Shown: in pieces, positions 1-8,319 of the stretch
How the letters are laid out: every line of letters starts with the position of its first letter
Numbering within the stretch: the first letter of the stretch is position 1
DNA from: a virus
Taxonomy: Duplodnaviria; Caudoviricetes
IMG/VR virus record: IMGVR_UViG_3300049988_000245
Coordinates: 160,001 to 224,000 of that record
Reading direction: 5' to 3' (one strand)
Length of the DNA stretch: 64,000 nucleotides
Position numbers and translations under genes: made by a program
The notes under the pieces: generated by a model
The model's input: the letters and a program-made list of their open reading frames with translations, nothing else
Databases searched by the model: none
What the model was told of the DNA's origin: nothing

Positions 1-563
1 CCCTCGTACGGGGTGTTCACATTGACCGAGTAGCCGTGGCGCTCGAACACCGCTCGGGCCTCATCGACCATCCAGCCCTGTGTATGATCGGGGTCAGTAC
101 CCAGGCAGATGTCCGGTCGGTCCGAGTGAAGTCCACTAGAACCGGCCTGCTCGTCCGAATAGCTGTGCATATCGATCAGAAGCACTTCCGAGATCGGAAG
201 GGTCATCGAGATGGATTGTGACAGCCACTTATGATGAGCCCGATAGTGTAGCAGGGCGATGTTTTTCGCGGCTGAATTCGGATCGCGCAGAGTTCGACCG
301 TTGTGGGTCTTCTCATAGAATACACCCTGGCCACGTTCTGTCAGGGGATCGTCCTCGAATCGCTCGACATCACAGAACACCCGCGAATACGGGAAAATGA
401 TCTGCTCGTCTGCCTCGGTCAGGAGTTCGTCGGTGAACCAGTCGGTCACCACGCGCATCTCTGCGCGGGCTCGATCCATTTCGTCCCGAGAGAACATCCT
501 ACGCATATCGGGCGGGCATTCTGTCGAGCAATGCGGGATGTGGGTGATCACGTAGGTTGGCAT
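1..563 (-). CDS. N-formylglutamate amidohydrolase-family protein (partial, runs off left edge)
   Basis: Hand-translated, not in the ORF track. ATG at 563, open to base 1: MPTYVITHIPHCST..TDWFTDEL..FPYSRVFCDVERF..GQGVFYEKT..HYRAHH..LIDMHSY..RPDICLGTD..GYSVNVNTPYEG, which are FGase-family motifs. Confidence 0.85.
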   Translation of the reverse strand, partial: MPTYVITHIPHCSTECPPDMRRMFSRDEMDRARAEMRVVTDWFTDELLTEADEQIIFPYSRVFCDVERFEDDPLTERGQGVFYEKTHNGRTLRDPNSAAKNIALLHYRAHHKWLSQSISMTLPISEVLLIDMHSYSDEQAGSSGLHSDRPDICLGTDPDHTQGWMVDEARAVFERHGYSVNVNTPYE

Positions 564-624
564 GCTTCACCAGATACATGGATTCGAGAGAAAATCAACA
601 TCGTTTTATTGCATCGGTGAGGCG

Positions 625-632
625 TTAACCAT
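625..632 (+). promoter_or_regulatory. TTAACCAT, CtrA-like half site in divergent intergenic region
   Basis: Exact TTAACCAT between the divergent FGase and ygiB-like genes. The same 8-mer occurs at 6576 and 35505. Confidence 0.3.
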
Positions 633-759
633 TATCCTATGGGGACGGAAAATTTTGATTCCCCTAAAATGGATTCCGTGTAATCTTGAACCAGTGGCAC
701 GGTAAACGTATCTCACCGACGCTGCGGTGTTTTGGCCTCGCATTTTAAAGGATATCACC

Positions 760-1614
760 ATGCGCATTCGGCGCACCAGTCTGACGATCGCCCTTTTGGC
801 GAGCACCGCACTCTCCCTTGGCGCCTGCGATAACACGCCGGAGCAGCCGAAGACCGAGACGGTCAATCAGGAGGAAATCCTCTTCAAGAACGTCGATGAG
901 TGCAAGGCCGGTGGTCAGTTCGACGCCGACCAGTGCGAGGCCCTGGCGAAGAACGCGCAGGAAGAGCACGCCAAGACTGCCCCGAAGTTCAATTCCCGCG
1001 AAGCCTGCGAGGCTGAGTACGGCGCGGGCAAGTGCGGCGGTGTCCAGAACCAGCAGGGCGGCTCCAGCGGCTCCCAGATGTCCTACACGCCGATCCTGGC
1101 GGGCTTCCTGATCGGTGCGGCCGGTGCGATGGCTGCGGCGCACGTGGTCAACGGGATGAACCGCAACAACACCCCGGCGTATCAGCCGCGCCCGCGCCCG
1201 GTGTACGAGACCACCCTGAGGGATCGCCGCCCCGGACAGACTAGCTACGCGTCCGGTGGCACCACCGTGGGCACGATGATGCAGAACGGCCGGGTGCAGA
1301 CCCAAGTGACCCGACCGGCCCCGCCGTCGAGCGGTGGAGGCTTCTGGAACAACCGCCAGACCCCCACGAGCCCGAGTAGCGGCAGCGGGGTCAATTCGAA
1401 CGCCCGTACGCCCGTGAGCCCTACCGGTCCTCGCATCCAGCAGACTGCCCCGGCGGCTCCGGCGGTGGCTCCGAAGCCAAGCTGGAGTGCACCCAAGGTG
1501 ACGCCGACCTCGCCGACCATGTCCGCACCGACTTCGCGTCCCTTCGGTGGGTCATCTCGCCCCAGCAGCAGCGGGTTCAGTGGTGGTCGAGGCGGTGGAG
1601 GCGGGTTCAGTTAA
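760..1614 (+). CDS. ygiB: DUF1190 (YgiB-like) lipoprotein with long Pro/Ser/Gly-rich tail
   Basis: Signal peptide with lipobox LGAC; FKNVDEC..C..A..EH.KTAPKF.SREACEAEYG..KC pattern; directly upstream of a YgiC-like gene. Start moved to ATG 760 (AAGGA RBS). Confidence 0.8.
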   Translation: MRIRRTSLTIALLASTALSLGACDNTPEQPKTETVNQEEILFKNVDECKAGGQFDADQCEALAKNAQEEHAKTAPKFNSREACEAEYGAGKCGGVQNQQGGSSGSQMSYTPILAGFLIGAAGAMAAAHVVNGMNRNNTPAYQPRPRPVYETTLRDRRPGQTSYASGGTTVGTMMQNGRVQTQVTRPAPPSSGGGFWNNRQTPTSPSSGSGVNSNARTPVSPTGPRIQQTAPAAPAVAPKPSWSAPKVTPTSPTMSAPTSRPFGGSSRPSSSGFSGGRGGGGGFS

Positions 1615-1667
1615 CCAATTCTGAGACGGGTCCTTTTATCACGCCTATATTCTGGTAAGGTCGATCT

Positions 1668-2861
1668 ATGTTTCGCAGATCAAACATCACTCCGCGCCTC
1701 GACTGGCAGTCTCACTTGGAAATCGCAGGTGTGAGCTACCACACCAACGAGGATGGGTCGGCCTATTGGGACGAGACTGTCTGCTATCGGTTCGAAAAGA
1801 CCGAGGCCGAGACGATCCGCGATGCCACGCGTGAGCTTCAGCGAGTCGCCATGCTGGCAGTCGATCATGTGATCCGGAATCCCGCGCTGATTACCGAGCG
1901 GTTCGGCCTCCCGCAGGCGTACGTCCCCTACCTTCAGCGGTCCTGGCTGCGTCGTGATCCGAACATCGTGGCTCGGCTCGATCTCGCCTATGATCCGGAC
2001 ACCCGCGCGGTGAAGCTGATCGAGTACAACGCCGACGCCACCGGGCTAGTCTTGGAGATGAACGCCCAGGCGGAATGGAAGCGCGCGTTCATGCCGAACG
2101 CGAAGCAGTTGAACTCGCTCGACGCCAAATTGACCGCTCGCTACCAGAATCTCCATTCCGGTCTGACCGACCGGACGTTGCATTTCGTCTCCCTCGGCGG
2201 CAAGCCGGACGAGGAGAATCCCGATCGGGGCTGGTCGGAGGAGGAGTTCAACACCTGCCTCTACATGATGAAGAAGGCGGCGGATGCGGGTTTCGAGACC
2301 CACTGGATGCACATCGAAGACGTGCAGCACAATCGGATCGAGGGGTTTATCGACCTCGACTACAACCCGATCAAGAATCTGGTGAAGCTCTACCCGTGGG
2401 ACTGGACCATCGCGGACGATCCCGAGGCGACCATGACGGAGGACCGTACCCGCGTGATCGAGCCCGTGTGGACCACGATCCTGTCGAACAAGGCGATCCT
2501 GCCGATCCTGTGGGAGCTTTTCCCGGATCACCCGAACCTGCTGCCGACGTTCTTCGGCGACACCTCCGATCTCACCCTGAACGAGTCGGGTAACTATTTC
2601 GTCAAGCCGATCACCTCACGGTGGGGCTCGAACATCCGCTACGTCCGGGATCACGAAGTGATCGAGGCCACCGAGGGCCGGTATGCGGACAAACCCTTGA
2701 TCTATCAGGCGGCGGGCGTGGTCCCGCAGTTCGATGGACAACACGTCGTCATCGGCTCGTTCGTCGTTGGCGACCAGCCCGCCGGAATCATCCTGCGGGA
2801 ATCCGAGAGCGCCATCGTCCGGGGTGAGTCCCGCGTGGTGCCCCATTATGTGATGGAGTAG
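1668..2861 (+). CDS. ygiC: Glutathionylspermidine synthase-like ATP-grasp ligase (YgiC/YjfC family)
   Basis: RLDLAYD..KLIEYNAD, KLYPWDW, IEPVWTTILSNKAILPILWELFPDHPNLLP, VKP..SRWGSNI, GIILRES..SRVVPH. Confidence 0.9.
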   Translation: MFRRSNITPRLDWQSHLEIAGVSYHTNEDGSAYWDETVCYRFEKTEAETIRDATRELQRVAMLAVDHVIRNPALITERFGLPQAYVPYLQRSWLRRDPNIVARLDLAYDPDTRAVKLIEYNADATGLVLEMNAQAEWKRAFMPNAKQLNSLDAKLTARYQNLHSGLTDRTLHFVSLGGKPDEENPDRGWSEEEFNTCLYMMKKAADAGFETHWMHIEDVQHNRIEGFIDLDYNPIKNLVKLYPWDWTIADDPEATMTEDRTRVIEPVWTTILSNKAILPILWELFPDHPNLLPTFFGDTSDLTLNESGNYFVKPITSRWGSNIRYVRDHEVIEATEGRYADKPLIYQAAGVVPQFDGQHVVIGSFVVGDQPAGIILRESESAIVRGESRVVPHYVME

Positions 2862-2863
2862 GC

Positions 2864-3538
2864 ATGGGTACACGTGGCGCAGTAGGTTTTCGCGTGGATG
2901 GCGTCGATCGCGTCGTCTACAATCATTCGGACAGCTATCCGGAAGGTCTCGGCCACTCGACGCTGGAATTCGTCGTCGAGCAGAACGTCAATCATCGGGG
3001 CAACCTCGTCCCCGCCCTGGCCGAGCAGGCGCGCAAGATGATTCCGGTCGAGGAAGATGCGGTCCCGACCCCGGAGCAGATCAAGGAACTCGAACGGTTC
3101 ACGGACCGTACGGTCAACGGCGGCAAGGTCGATTTCTACTCCGTCCTACGCAAGACCCAAGGGCATCTCGACCTGATGCTGGAGGCCCGGTATTATGCGG
3201 GGAACGAAGGCTTCCTGCTCGACGGACTGTTCTGTGAGCACGCCTACATCATCAATCTCGATTCCGGCATGCTCGAATACTACAGCGGCTTCGTCACGAT
3301 GGAACACGCCGACAAGGCGGACAAGTTAGGCCGCTACTGGCACGCGGACGTGCTCCAGAAGCAACGGGAGGAGGCGGGCGGTAAGCCGGTCGAGTACGGT
3401 CCGGTGGCCCTGTGCGCGGAATTCCCCCTCGGCGACATCAACAAGGTTGAGGACGTGGAAGTGTACGTCAAACGAATGTCGGCCGCCTACAAAGCGCTTC
3501 GGGTGATGCTGAAAGAAGATGACGACGACGACGAATAA
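2864..3538 (+). CDS. Conserved phage hypothetical protein (MGTRG..YNHSDSYPEGLG type)
   Basis: In operon with ygiC. The N-terminal TR..G....Y.H.DSYP.G motif recurs in phage hypotheticals. Confidence 0.65.
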   Translation: MGTRGAVGFRVDGVDRVVYNHSDSYPEGLGHSTLEFVVEQNVNHRGNLVPALAEQARKMIPVEEDAVPTPEQIKELERFTDRTVNGGKVDFYSVLRKTQGHLDLMLEARYYAGNEGFLLDGLFCEHAYIINLDSGMLEYYSGFVTMEHADKADKLGRYWHADVLQKQREEAGGKPVEYGPVALCAEFPLGDINKVEDVEVYVKRMSAAYKALRVMLKEDDDDDE

Positions 3539-3541
3539 AGG

Positions 3542-3572
3542 AAAGGGCGGCGCCGAAAGCGCCGCCCTTTTT
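3542..3572. terminator. Bidirectional intrinsic terminator
   Basis: AAAGGGCGGCGC-cgaaa-GCGCCGCCCTTT between convergent genes. Confidence 0.9.
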
Positions 3573-3849
3573 ACATCCACCGAAGTTTGAACTCGAATGC
3601 CAGGGCCGTCTCGACCTCAAGCTGACGGTACCACGCTTTGCGCATCATACCCCACTTCAGATTGAGGCCCCGCCCCTCACACCAGAGAATGGGTTCGCAA
3701 TTATGGGCAATATCCATTGTCTCGCATTCAACATAGATGAGCGCGCGATTCTGACCCCTCTTGTAGATGTTCACAAGAAAGCTCCCATAATCGGGTTTCT
3801 TGTAGAGCTTGCCCTTGCCGCGCAGGCCCGCGCTTGGAAAATCCCACAT
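3571..3849 (-). CDS. Short paralogue of the FKxRW C-terminal motif family
   Basis: Ends LAFEFKLRWM. Start MWDF overlaps the upstream stop (TAATG). Confidence 0.7.
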   Translation of the reverse strand: MWDFPSAGLRGKGKLYKKPDYGSFLVNIYKRGQNRALIYVECETMDIAHNCEPILWCEGRGLNLKWGMMRKAWYRQLEVETALAFEFKLRWM

Positions 3850-4154
3850 TATCCGAATCTCATCTTGAAGCCGAACGCGGTGTTCTCGTCGGTGAACGTG
3901 AAGACGATGGTCGTGTGTCTGCATTCGAGCGTGAATTCGCCGACCGCCTCATCCCCTCGCATCCAATAGCCGATCGGCCCGCGCCCGAAGGCATGGAACT
4001 CCATGATCGGGTCATCGTACTGAATCCTTGTGGATTGCTGTTTCCCGAACATCCAGGGGATGGATTGCCCCGTGGTGGGTCGGGGCCACGATATCGCAAC
4101 GGGGTATGCGAGAATCGCGACAGTTTCCTTGATGTCGATTCGCTTCGCTGCCAT
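3849..4154 (-). CDS. FKxRW-family paralogue
   Basis: Ends FTFTDENTAFGFKMRFG. Confidence 0.75.
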   Translation of the reverse strand: MAAKRIDIKETVAILAYPVAISWPRPTTGQSIPWMFGKQQSTRIQYDDPIMEFHAFGRGPIGYWMRGDEAVGEFTLECRHTTIVFTFTDENTAFGFKMRFG

Positions 4155-4157
4155 CGG

Positions 4158-4742
4158 TCAAGTCCATGTCATACGAAATTCGAACGCAAAGTTGGGGTCC
4201 TTGAATCGCAGTGCACCTTTCCAGCGGACCACACCGTCGCCGTAACGGGCGATCGCCCAGGCATGGGCGGTTTCGCGGTTCTTCGTCAGCCGCACAGCAA
4301 CGGGAAAGTCCCGTGGGACGGATTCAAAGAACGCTTCGATTTCGGCGATCTCCTGCCGGAACGCCTCGTACGATCCGGTTAGGCCGACGCAGCGATAGCG
4401 CCAACCATCGGGGCTCCCCTGGGCGTGGTACCGGACTTCCCAGAGTGGACGCTGAACGGTCAACAAACTGTTCTCTCGGGCGACCTTGAACCGCCTCTCC
4501 TGAATCTGTCGCTTCGCCATCGTTTTCTTGCGCGATCCGCTCCGCGTCGGAGAGATGCCGAATTTTCCGATCGGGGCAAGATGACGATGCAGGAAGGCCA
4601 TCTCGGCGATCGTTGGAGCGGCCTGGACCGGCTCCCAGAAATGCTTCGACGATTCCGGGCAGGCGAAGCCTTGCGGACCCGGCCCGGTGCCGCGCCTGCG
4701 CTTGAGATCGTTCTTCGTTCGTGGAGTTCGAGAGGTCAGCAT
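4158..4742 (-). CDS. FKxRW-family paralogue with N-terminal extension
   Basis: Ends LRFKDPNFAFEFRMTWT. The ATG lies 6 nt below a -10 box. Confidence 0.7.
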   Translation of the reverse strand: MLTSRTPRTKNDLKRRRGTGPGPQGFACPESSKHFWEPVQAAPTIAEMAFLHRHLAPIGKFGISPTRSGSRKKTMAKRQIQERRFKVARENSLLTVQRPLWEVRYHAQGSPDGWRYRCVGLTGSYEAFRQEIAEIEAFFESVPRDFPVAVRLTKNRETAHAWAIARYGDGVVRWKGALRFKDPNFAFEFRMTWT

Positions 4743-4748
4743 GAATCC

Positions 4749-4776
4749 AGTGTAGACTGATTTTGATTTCGTACAA
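4749..4776 (-). promoter_or_regulatory. sigma70-like promoter, 16-nt spacer
   Basis: TTGTAC-N16-TACACT, then 6 nt to ATG 4742. Confidence 0.55.
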
Positions 4777-4808
4777 CGAATTTATTGCGCGATGATTAAC
4801 GAGTGTTT

Positions 4809-4816
4809 TATAAATA
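4809..4816 (+). promoter_or_regulatory. T4-late-like promoter TATAAATA upstream of hsp20
   Basis: Exact T4 late consensus, 4 nt before the first 5'-UTR hairpin. Confidence 0.55.
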
Positions 4817-4820
4817 CTTT

Positions 4821-4894
4821 CGAGCAGTCCACAAAGGATGCTTGCCTGACGCCCTCGGGGTCAGAAATTTACAATTCTCGCTTTCATTAGGAGA
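4821..4894 (+). ncRNA. ROSE-like RNA thermometer in hsp20 5' UTR
   Basis: Three hairpins (4821-4844, 4846-4864, 4876-4894). The last, UCUCGCU-uucauu-AGGAGA, pairs the UCGCU motif with the SD and leaves the G bulged. ATG at 4903. Confidence 0.7.
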
Positions 4895-4902
4895 TACATA
4901 TT

Positions 4903-5460
4903 ATGTCTAATAATCGCACCCTCACACCTGAGCAGTTGATTCGTCATTTCATCGGCTATGACCGAGTTGCTGCCAACTCCTCCGCATTTCCCCCGCATAA
5001 CATCGAGAAGCTGACCGAGGACGCCTACCGTCTGACACTGGCGGTTGCCGGTTTCGATCGCAGCGAGATCGAGATGTACGAGCACAAGGGGACGCTCACG
5101 ATCTCCGGCCGTAAGAAGCCCACGTCCCAAGAATCACGTTCCGTTCGTGGTGACCTCGATGTGGATGCGCTCAACGAATGGGCTGATTCCAAAGGCAAGG
5201 TCAACGTCGATCCGCGTGAGCGCGCCGCCGCGTCGCAAGCCGCCCTCAAGGCGCGATTCGGGATTGACGAGGCCCCGCCGACGCCGAGCCCCGTGTTCCT
5301 CCACCAGGGTATCGCCCTGCGCGATTGGGACCGCCAATTCAATCTCGGCGAGTTCATTGAGGTGCGTGGCGCCTCCATGGCAAACGGTCTGTTGATGATC
5401 GATCTGGAGCGCCGTGTTCCTGAAGCACACAAGCCCAAGCTGATCGACATCCGCGCGTAA
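4903..5460 (+). CDS. ibpA: Small heat-shock protein Hsp20 (IbpA-like) with internal insertion
   Basis: FPPHNIEK..YRLTLAVAGF, FLHQGIA.R.W.RQF.L.E.IEV.GA.M.NGLL.IDLER.VPE..KPK.I.I. Confidence 0.92.
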   Translation: MSNNRTLTPEQLIRHFIGYDRVAANSSAFPPHNIEKLTEDAYRLTLAVAGFDRSEIEMYEHKGTLTISGRKKPTSQESRSVRGDLDVDALNEWADSKGKVNVDPRERAAASQAALKARFGIDEAPPTPSPVFLHQGIALRDWDRQFNLGEFIEVRGASMANGLLMIDLERRVPEAHKPKLIDIRA

Positions 5461-5523
5461 TTATTGCATTCGCACCCGGTGGGTCGTTAGGCTCACCGGG
5501 TACCGCAACATTACGAGGCGCGC

Positions 5524-5817
5524 ATGTCAACGGCGACCGACACTCTGACGAAGACCCAACTCAAGGTCCCTTCGATGTGGAAAGTGCTACTCCACAACGA
5601 CGATTACACCCCGATGGATTTCGTGATCGAGATTCTGATTCAGGTGTTCCACAAGGGCGCGGAAGAGGCCCACACGCTGACGATGGCGGTCCACAATCAG
5701 GGCAAGGCGAACGTCGGCCTGTACACGAAAGAGATCGCCGAGACCAAGGTGCTTCAGGTCGAGCGGATTGCGCGGGAAGCTGGTCATCCGCTAAAGGTTA
5801 CAGCAGAAGAAGCATAA
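5524..5817 (+). CDS. clpS: ATP-dependent Clp protease adaptor ClpS
   Basis: PSMWKVLLHNDDYTPMDFVIEIL..VFH..VHNQGKANVGLYTKEIAETK..HPLK. Confidence 0.95.
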   Translation: MSTATDTLTKTQLKVPSMWKVLLHNDDYTPMDFVIEILIQVFHKGAEEAHTLTMAVHNQGKANVGLYTKEIAETKVLQVERIAREAGHPLKVTAEEA

Positions 5818-5840
5818 CCAAACAAAAACACCCGCCTGAA

Positions 5841-5846
5841 TAAATA
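5841..5846 (+). promoter_or_regulatory. TAAATA late-type promoter
   Basis: Intergenic, 35 nt upstream of ATG 5882. Confidence 0.45.
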
Positions 5847-5881
5847 AGCTTGTCTTAAACTTTCAGGTGGTAAACAAAAGA

Positions 5882-6178
5882 ATGTCGCGCCCTAAGCCGT
5901 CCATTCTGCTCGATTACACAGACCCGAAGACGTACAAAGCTGAGCAGGTTCTCAAGGCTGAGGCGATCTACGCGGTGTTCTATGATGGGCAGCCGATCAA
6001 TCTACGTTCTCTGAACGTACTTCTCGATTATCCGGGTCCAAAGTACAAGAAGGTTTCCTTCTCGAATCCTGGGCATGCATTCAACTTGTCGGAGAAGCTT
6101 AATAAGCTCTTCAAGACTAACAAGTTCGAAGTGTTTATGCTCTCAGAAGGCAAGAAGATTACCGAAACGGACGAATGA
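5882..6178 (+). CDS. Conserved large-phage hypothetical protein (MSRPKP type)
   Basis: MSRPKP.IL..EQVL.AEAIYAVFY.GQPINLR..YPGPKYKKVSFSNPGHAFNL..KLN pattern. Confidence 0.75.
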   Translation: MSRPKPSILLDYTDPKTYKAEQVLKAEAIYAVFYDGQPINLRSLNVLLDYPGPKYKKVSFSNPGHAFNLSEKLNKLFKTNKFEVFMLSEGKKITETDE

Positions 6179-6573
6179 ATCCCGTTCACACCGCCATCGT
6201 CCGGCGTGTGCGCGAAACCATAACGCTGGAGGGCAAAAAGAAAAAGCTCTCCAGCGCTCTTGCTCTGCTGACTGACGAGCAGGTAGCTCGAATGATGTTC
6301 TCCAACTTCCGGGGGAAGGGGAATGAGACCCGAGGGATGCGCCTAACCAGTGGCGGCCTCAAAATGATGCTGTCATGCTTCCAGCACGTTGAGGTGATTC
6401 TCCCTAAGGCCAGAAAACTTCAAGCGGGCGAACTCGTCTATTTGGATCGTCGTGCGAAGCTCCCTTACTACTGCACCGACGAAAAACTTGTCGTCTTCGA
6501 GACAGAGTTGGGGATGAAGATTAAGCTCTACGGGGGCGATATCAACGCGATCATCGCCGTGGAATCCTACTAG
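6175..6573 (+). CDS. Hypothetical protein
   Basis: ATGA overlap with the preceding gene; 132 aa. Confidence 0.65.
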   Translation: MNPVHTAIVRRVRETITLEGKKKKLSSALALLTDEQVARMMFSNFRGKGNETRGMRLTSGGLKMMLSCFQHVEVILPKARKLQAGELVYLDRRAKLPYYCTDEKLVVFETELGMKIKLYGGDINAIIAVESY

Positions 6574-6575
6574 GA

Positions 6576-6583
6576 TTAACCAT
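6576..6583 (+). promoter_or_regulatory. TTAACCAT, CtrA-like half site
   Basis: Intergenic, 35 nt above the promoter at 6619. Confidence 0.3.
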
Positions 6584-6618
6584 AAGCGAATCTCCCAATT
6601 TCGTTCGACGAAATTCGC

Positions 6619-6646
6619 TTGACCGGCTTCGGAATGCTGGTAGAAA
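6619..6646 (+). promoter_or_regulatory. sigma70-like promoter, 16-nt spacer
   Basis: TTGACC-N16-TAGAAA upstream of the AAA gene. Confidence 0.4.
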
Positions 6647-6716
6647 TGACCTCGTTGATAGCGGATTTCGATGCGGGGCGCATCGGACGGGCCTTCATTC
6701 TAGAGGAAGCATTTAA

Positions 6717-8222
6717 ATGAGCAAGAGCAGCAAGAAGATCGAGAGCACCCAGCTTAAGCCGTCCGAAATCTCTGCCGCAATTCGCGCCGCAATGAAGACC
6801 GATCGGTCTGCATTCATCTGGGGTCCCCCCGGAATTTCGAAGTCCCAGGTCTCCTCGCAGATCGCCACCGACATGGGCATCGCCTTCGTCGATTTCCGCC
6901 TCTCCCAGCTTGACCCGACCGATCTGCGCGGCATCCCCTACCCGACCAAGGTCGGCGGTCGCGAGGGCGTTCGGTGGTCCATCCCCTACGCTCTGCCGGT
7001 GGACATGGACCTGACGTTCACCGTCCGCATCGACGACGCCGACGAGACCCGCGTCGAGGTGTCCAACCCCAAGGGCTCCAACGGCATCCACTACGTCACC
7101 AACCCGCGCATCCGCGTCACCTCGCTCACCGATGGTGTCACCGCCCAGGTGATCCAGCAGTACGAGACCGACGAGGACGGCGAGGTCGTGTACTACGATG
7201 ACGAGGGCACCCTCGTGAAGGCTCTCACCGGTACCCCGGTGGTCGATTTCCTGGCGGCCCAGAAGCTCGGCAAGCACCCGGCCAACGTCGCCCCGGTCAA
7301 GGTGAACAACCTCGACAGCGTCGTGATCCTTCTCACCGATGATGCCACGGGCAAGCCCACCACGGGTCGCGTCCGTATCGTCGGCACCGGAAAGGCCCGC
7401 GCGGTCCTCGCCCTGGAGGAGTTCAACTCGGCTCCCCCGTCCGTGCAGGCGTCGGCCTACCAGTTCGTGCTCGATCGTCGCCTCGGCGAGTACATCGTGC
7501 CGAAGGGTGTGAAGATCATCGCCATGGGTAACCGTGACACCGACAAGGGCGTCACCTACAAGATGCCCACCCCGATCGCCAACCGCTTCATCCACTTGGA
7601 GATGCGTCCGGACTTCGAGGACTGGCAGATTTGGGCGCTCAAGCACGAGGTGCACCCGGACGTGGTCGGCTACCTCTCGGCGTTCAAGCAGCAACTCTTC
7701 GACTTCGATCCCGGCACGGCGGCCCGTGGCTTCGCCACTCCGCGTTCCTGGCACTATGTGTCGGACCTCCTGCAACAGAACGGCGATCTCCCCGAGATGG
7801 TCGGCGTCGGTCTGGTGACCGGCTCGGTCGGCGATGGACCCGGCCTCCAGTTCTGGGAGTTCCGCAAGATCGCCCGTGACCTGCCCGAGGCGGACAAAAT
7901 CCTCTCCGGCCAACTCAAGAAGATGCCCCGTCAGGTCGAGATTTCGCTCGCCTACGCTCTGACCACGACCCTGTGCTACGAGTTGAAGGAGCGTTACTCG
8001 AAGTTCGAGCGCAAGCAGGGCTGGCAGAACGGCGAGGATTACAAGAAGTGGATGTCGGAGGCTGACAACTTCATCGAGTTCCTGATGGAGAACTTCCAGC
8101 CCGAGATCAGCATCATGGCGACCCGCGCTGCGGTGCAGGTTCACAAGCTGCCGTTCCACATGAGCAAGATGAAGAACTTCCTCAAGTTCGCCGAGAAGTA
8201 CCGCAGCCTCGTGATGTCCTAA
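6717..8222 (+). CDS. MoxR-like AAA+ ATPase with ~130-aa insertion
   Basis: Walker A IWGPPGISKS, RLSQLDPTDLRGIP, Walker B LALEEFNSAPP, NRFIHLE, FATPRSW; followed by a VWA gene. Confidence 0.9.
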   Translation: MSKSSKKIESTQLKPSEISAAIRAAMKTDRSAFIWGPPGISKSQVSSQIATDMGIAFVDFRLSQLDPTDLRGIPYPTKVGGREGVRWSIPYALPVDMDLTFTVRIDDADETRVEVSNPKGSNGIHYVTNPRIRVTSLTDGVTAQVIQQYETDEDGEVVYYDDEGTLVKALTGTPVVDFLAAQKLGKHPANVAPVKVNNLDSVVILLTDDATGKPTTGRVRIVGTGKARAVLALEEFNSAPPSVQASAYQFVLDRRLGEYIVPKGVKIIAMGNRDTDKGVTYKMPTPIANRFIHLEMRPDFEDWQIWALKHEVHPDVVGYLSAFKQQLFDFDPGTAARGFATPRSWHYVSDLLQQNGDLPEMVGVGLVTGSVGDGPGLQFWEFRKIARDLPEADKILSGQLKKMPRQVEISLAYALTTTLCYELKERYSKFERKQGWQNGEDYKKWMSEADNFIEFLMENFQPEISIMATRAAVQVHKLPFHMSKMKNFLKFAEKYRSLVMS

Positions 8223-8242
8223 TCCGGGCATCTGATGCGAAG

Positions 8243-8270
8243 AATGGCCGGGGAGAAATCCCCGGCCATT
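8243..8270 (+). terminator. Stem-loop, probable terminator
   Basis: AATGGCCGGGGA-gaaa-TCCCCGGCCATT just after the AAA stop codon. Confidence 0.7.
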
Positions 8271-8319
8271 ATCTTTTGTGAAAGAACAAGTCCTAATTAA
8301 CCAATTGGCCGATTTTCGT

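Noticed and set aside
36-620. Plus-strand ORFs 36-221, 218-400 and 303-620 from the track
   Set aside because: They are shadows of the minus-strand amidohydrolase gene (1-563), which has clear family motifs.
4324-4776. 150-aa minus-strand ORF overlapping 4158-4742
   Set aside because: It is an alternative frame whose start lies within the -35 box. The 4742 ATG fits the promoter spacing and its frame ends in the family motif.
6990-7400. Possible intein in the MoxR ATPase
   Set aside because: No N-terminal Cys/Ser block, no terminal His-Asn, no LAGLIDADG motifs.
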